64,000 nucleotides of DNA from Macrostomum lignano. Its lineage: Eukaryota. The position numbers and the translations under genes are program-made. Below are positions 60,326-64,000 of the stretch, one piece after another (position 1 is the stretch's first letter; each line of letters starts with the position of its first letter). Below the pieces are notes generated by a model, which saw only the letters and a program-made list of their open reading frames with translations, did no database searches and was not told the origin of the DNA. The DNA lies in assembly GCA_002269645.1 (NCBI GenBank), contig NIVC01000038.1, positions 868,001-932,000 of the forward strand, written 5' to 3'.

Positions 60326-61200
60326 ATGAACTTTTCAAGCGACTTCTATTCCCATTGGACACGCACTCAGATAAAATTTGCTCACAACAAGTCAATTCCA
60401 GAGCACTTCAGATGCATTGTTGTTGGCTCATGTGGGTCGGGGAAAACCTTCAGTCTTTAACATGCTCCTCAGACCTGGATTCCTCGATTATGACACACTA
60501 CATATCTATTCACCTACTCTGTACCAGGATGAATATAAGATATTAATAGCAGGACTGCAAACAAACTCAACAAGGAAGATATTATTCAGTGTTTTAAACA
60601 TCAAAAATACCTCAACAGCAACCCAGAAGTTGTAGCAACTGAATATGCAAAATACATCCTCGACAATGGAACCAACGCAAAATAGACTTTAAAATTAAAA
60701 AAAAAATTAATAAAAAGTGGCAAAGCATTGAAGTTTTTACTTATGGAGATCCACAGATAGATCCTAAAACTAAAATCTTGCCAACAACCTGATGAACTAG
60801 AAAAGGAGAAAGCACCTAGCTGATTGTCTTCGATGACTGCGTGACCGGTCCTCAGAAACAGATAGAAAATTATTTCACCCGGGGTAGGCACAATAACTGC
60901 AATGTGATTTATATTGCCCAAAACTGGTTTGAGTTGCCAAATAAAACAATTAGAGGTAACTGTAACTTGATTCTCCTTTTCCCAACGATAGCTACCACAG
61001 GTTCGACTAAAAAGATTTTCTAACGAGGTCATTACCCTATCATTCTTTATTATAATCACACCGAACACAACTCCCAGCACAACTCCTAACACAACTCACA
61101 ACACAGAAAAGTATCACAGGAGGAATTTGTTAGCCTGTGCTATGAAAGGTGGAGCCAACCCTATCAGTTTGTCATGATTAACAAGGAAGAAAGTTTTACT
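60326..61200 (+). pseudogene. Polinton DNA-packaging ATPase (A32/FtsK-like), frameshifted
   Basis: FRCIVVGSCGSGKT (Walker A, 60425-60448), LIVFDDC (Walker B, 60820-60840), YFTRGRHNNCNVIYIAQNWFELPNKTIRGNCNLILLF. Confidence 0.9.
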
Positions 61201-61847
61201 TAATGTTTTTTTTCAATGTTTCATTTTAAAATGTCAGTTAATTTTGCAGGTGAGTCAACTACAGGCAATAGCGCTCTCACAACATCCTTTCTTGACAGGC
61301 GCTGTATTACACTGATGAAGAGATCCCAGAGATTAGGTCAATAAACAATCGACTAAAACAATTGGAACGATTGATACACCAACTGCGAATAAACATTGAC
61401 GATCTCCGAGTTAAAGCAGCCAGGCAGAAGTTCAAAAGTGATTAGCTTTATGTGCAGTTTGTTCACAGCACTAACGAACTAACAGTCACTCTAAGATCAG
61501 AAATCGCTGCGACAATCAATCTCCTGAGAAATGCCACTGCTAGGCGAATGCATATTGTTGAAGGAAGAGTTTCACAAACACGATTAAAGCGAGGGATTTA
61601 GAAGAGTTCATGACTCAGTCAACAGCATTGCATGATAGAATAAAAGAAAGAATCGATCCAATGGAAAGAAAAATCACAGCACATGTAAACTATCTCGATG
61701 GAATTTATAACCAATGGGGGAAATCATTGAGAAGAATCAGTCGGTTGGAGAACTTGCATAAGCTCATAGACATTGACACTGAAGAGGCGCCATAGATCAC
61801 ATCGACAGCAGGAACCAAGTTGTCAATTTTTTTAAAATTCCCTAAAA

Positions 61848-62397
61848 ATGGACGCTCAAAATTCACTTTATGATCCGAACGCTGCTCCCAATGCAGCTAA
61901 TTCTCCCACAATTCTCCCACAATTCTCCTACACCTCCCACAACACCTTTCACAGCAACTAGTGCACCTCAATATGAGCAACAAAAACTCTACCCTGTCAT
62001 TACTTGTAACTCTCAACAATTCCGATTGGTGGAGATATAAAAATGCGAGATGACATTAAAAATAAAATTGAACATATTGCAAAGAAACTTAACGCTACAA
62101 TACTCACTGCAGATATTTTGAGTACAGTAATATTACTCTCAAGTCTGTATCCGTTCTCCGTGCATGGGCGCCGCATGCGGTCTTATTTCAGCAATTAGTG
62201 GAGCGTTGGCACGTAATCGGCGAATAAATGAGAAAGGGGTTCACACATCAATCATCGGGTACATTTCAAAAGCTATTGAGGACAAGTTCATCTCAGAAGA
62301 TGAGTTTAAAACCATCCAAAATCTTTATAATGAAACAAATAGAAAAAATCCAAGCAACTCGAATATTGAGATAAATCAGCTAAGAAATGAAATTTAA
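61848..62397 (+). pseudogene. Polinton accessory ORF with hydrophobic segments, decayed
   Basis: LYP..QFRL...GAACGLISAISG...ISKAIEDKFISEDEFKTI; the pattern is recalled from Maverick ORFs of unknown function. Confidence 0.45.
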
Positions 62398-62524
62398 AAA
62401 CATTATGTATCTTCAAGAAAAGCGTAAAAATCGAGAAAGAATTTAGAGAAAACTTAAGTAATTTTTTTAACCCCAATTTTTTTTCAACTGCCTTCCCATT
62501 TCTTTACTTAGTACTTTATTTCAC

Positions 62525-62795
62525 TAGGTTGTAAGGTTACAAAAGTTCACAGGGTCCTCGCTTTTACAGAAGAAGCGTGGCTGCGGTCTTATATAGAAAA
62601 AAACACCCAATTTAGGACAGAAGCAATCGATAATTTTGATAAAGACCTGTTCAAACTGGCTATAATAACTCCGTCTACGGTAAGAATCTAGAAAACGAAC
62701 GAAAAAGGGCAAACCTGAAGCTTGTTAAGTCGTCCGAGTCGGATGTTATTTTAACGAGCTTATCTGCAAAGCCCACTTTTAAAGAGTTGCACCAA
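62525..62795 (+). pseudogene. Protein-primed DNA polymerase B fragment
   Basis: GCKVTKVHRVLAFTEEAWLRSYIEKNTQFRTEA..FDKDLFKL..NNSVYGKNLENERKR (polB motif B KLxxNSxYG), with a frameshift. Confidence 0.88.
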
Positions 62796-63070
62796 TTCAA
62801 GTCAACTGGCAGTCCCGAGAGAAAGCCGCACACTGCTCGTCGGGATCAAATTCGGACATCTCGCTTCCTGGCCGGACTGAAACGGTCGATTCATGCAGCA
62901 TCAGGCACAGCCATGTCCGAGCTGGCCAAGAAGCGGGCAGTCAGTCGGCCAACGATCTCGCGAGCTGTCAATCGAGACCTCGGATGCCGCAGCTTCCCGC
63001 TGAAGGTCCGGCAGCTGCTGACGGCGCAGCAGAAGGTGGCCAGAGTTGACAAGTCCTTAAACAAGTCCAT
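62795..63070 (+). mobile_element. Tc1/mariner transposase N-terminal (HTH) fragment abutting pPolB
   Basis: FKSTGS..RK...AMSELAKKRAVSRPTISRAVNRDLGCRSF..RQLLTAQQKVARV. Confidence 0.75.
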
Positions 63071-63905
63071 AGTAGCTATGGGCTATAGTAGCACCCAATA
63101 AGGCACTCATTCCAGGTCTTGAGTCCTGGTCCCAATCTGGGCTGCTCAGGCTATATCCCCTGGTAGGCTAGATAAGCCCCCTAAGCTATAGCGGCGGAGC
63201 CCTAGCTTCCTTGGGCTGATCCGCAGTTAGCTCCCGGCTTCCGGCCTTCCTTCGTTTAACAGCATTTATCCTAAATCGGTGCCGAAACGAAAAATGCGGG
63301 ACATGCACGCAAGGACTTCTAGACTAGAAGCTAGTCTAGAAGTCCTTGCATGCACGCCCAGATTATGCTGCTAATTCTTGTTCTAAGCTTTTAAAAATGT
63401 GTTTGTATTGTATGCATAAGTCGTACTGCCCCCGCAGGGTGCAGGGAGTGCTGCTGCTAACGCGTACTTGCAGACACCTTGTGCCATGAAGTGAGGACTG
63501 CTGGCTTAAGAAAGTTTTGGTATTTTTATTGTCTTTGATGGGCCACTCTCGTTATTAGAGCTTAACTGTTAAATTATTTTATTGAACAGGCTTTTGGTGA
63601 TGGATAAGCTCAGTAGCTCATTCCTAATTATTGTACTTATACATTTCGAATTATAATCGTGGGATTAAAATCTTTCACATGCGGTACGGAACCGCCTTGG
63701 CTACGACATATGTTGCTTTAGATTTGTTTAAAGTGTTATAATAGCCGCGAATTTATGATTTTCCTACAATCTTCGAAATAAAACTTCTTTTTCGATTCAA
63801 CACAGAGATACGGATGTTAATCGAAGGTTCTAGGAATTTGGAAACGCCTTAGCGAGTTCAATTTTTCTTATTTAGGGCCTGCTATATCCTACTTATACAG
63901 GTAAA

Positions 63906-64000
63906 ATGGCCTTATTAATTGGTCCCTCTAGCGTTGGTAAAAGTTTGCTCCTTAAACGACTTACCACAGACGAAAAAGATAAAGAACTAGTTGCGACTGT
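63906..64000 (+). CDS. ARL16: Start of an ARF-like small GTPase, most similar to ARL16 (partial)
   Basis: MALLIGPSSVGKSLLLKRL: P-loop directly after Met, as in ARL16. Preceded by an acceptor-like CTTATACAG at 63892-63900. Only 31 codons are visible. Confidence 0.55.
   Translation, partial: MALLIGPSSVGKSLLLKRLTTDEKDKELVAT

Larger units (their letters stand above)
57200..62795. mobile_element. Degenerate Maverick/Polinton remnant
   Basis: AT-rich, intronless, closely packed ORF relics for minor capsid, major capsid, A32-like ATPase and pPolB. No integrase, protease or TIR recognised. Confidence 0.88.

Overview
Eukaryotic animal DNA, not prokaryotic. GC-rich, Q-rich coding exons, (ACAG)n microsatellites and few introns suggest a flatworm such as Macrostomum (inference only). 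Layout from left to right: (1) 1-4514, the 5' part of an apparently intact Ty3/gypsy LTR retrotransposon on the minus strand (LTR, tRNA-Leu PBS, gag, -1 frameshift, pol cut by the window edge in RNase H). (2) 6604-26404, a 7-exon EDRF1 gene (about 1335 aa) whose introns are largely minisatellites. Intron 5 holds an antisense, intronless 1241-aa alpha2delta/CACHD1-family gene. (3) About 27.5-56 kb, a mosaic of segmental duplications carrying a family of single-exon secreted proteins (signal peptide, degenerate PAN/apple-like module, LamG/ConA-like jellyroll). There are four complete genes, an in-frame mini-gene, a truncated copy and an inverted fragment. A near-identical central core is shared between otherwise divergent paralogues, with an abrupt switch to a variable C-terminal domain. 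This is the best candidate for an undescribed system. (4) About 57.2-62.8 kb, a decayed Maverick/Polinton remnant (minor and major capsid, packaging ATPase, pPolB fragments). (5) The start of an ARL16-like GTPase at the right edge. Fragments of mariner/Tc1, a hAT MITE, an RNase H-bearing LINE, an RTE LINE, a CORE-SINE and a foldback element are interspersed. All family assignments come from motif recognition by eye; no database search was run.
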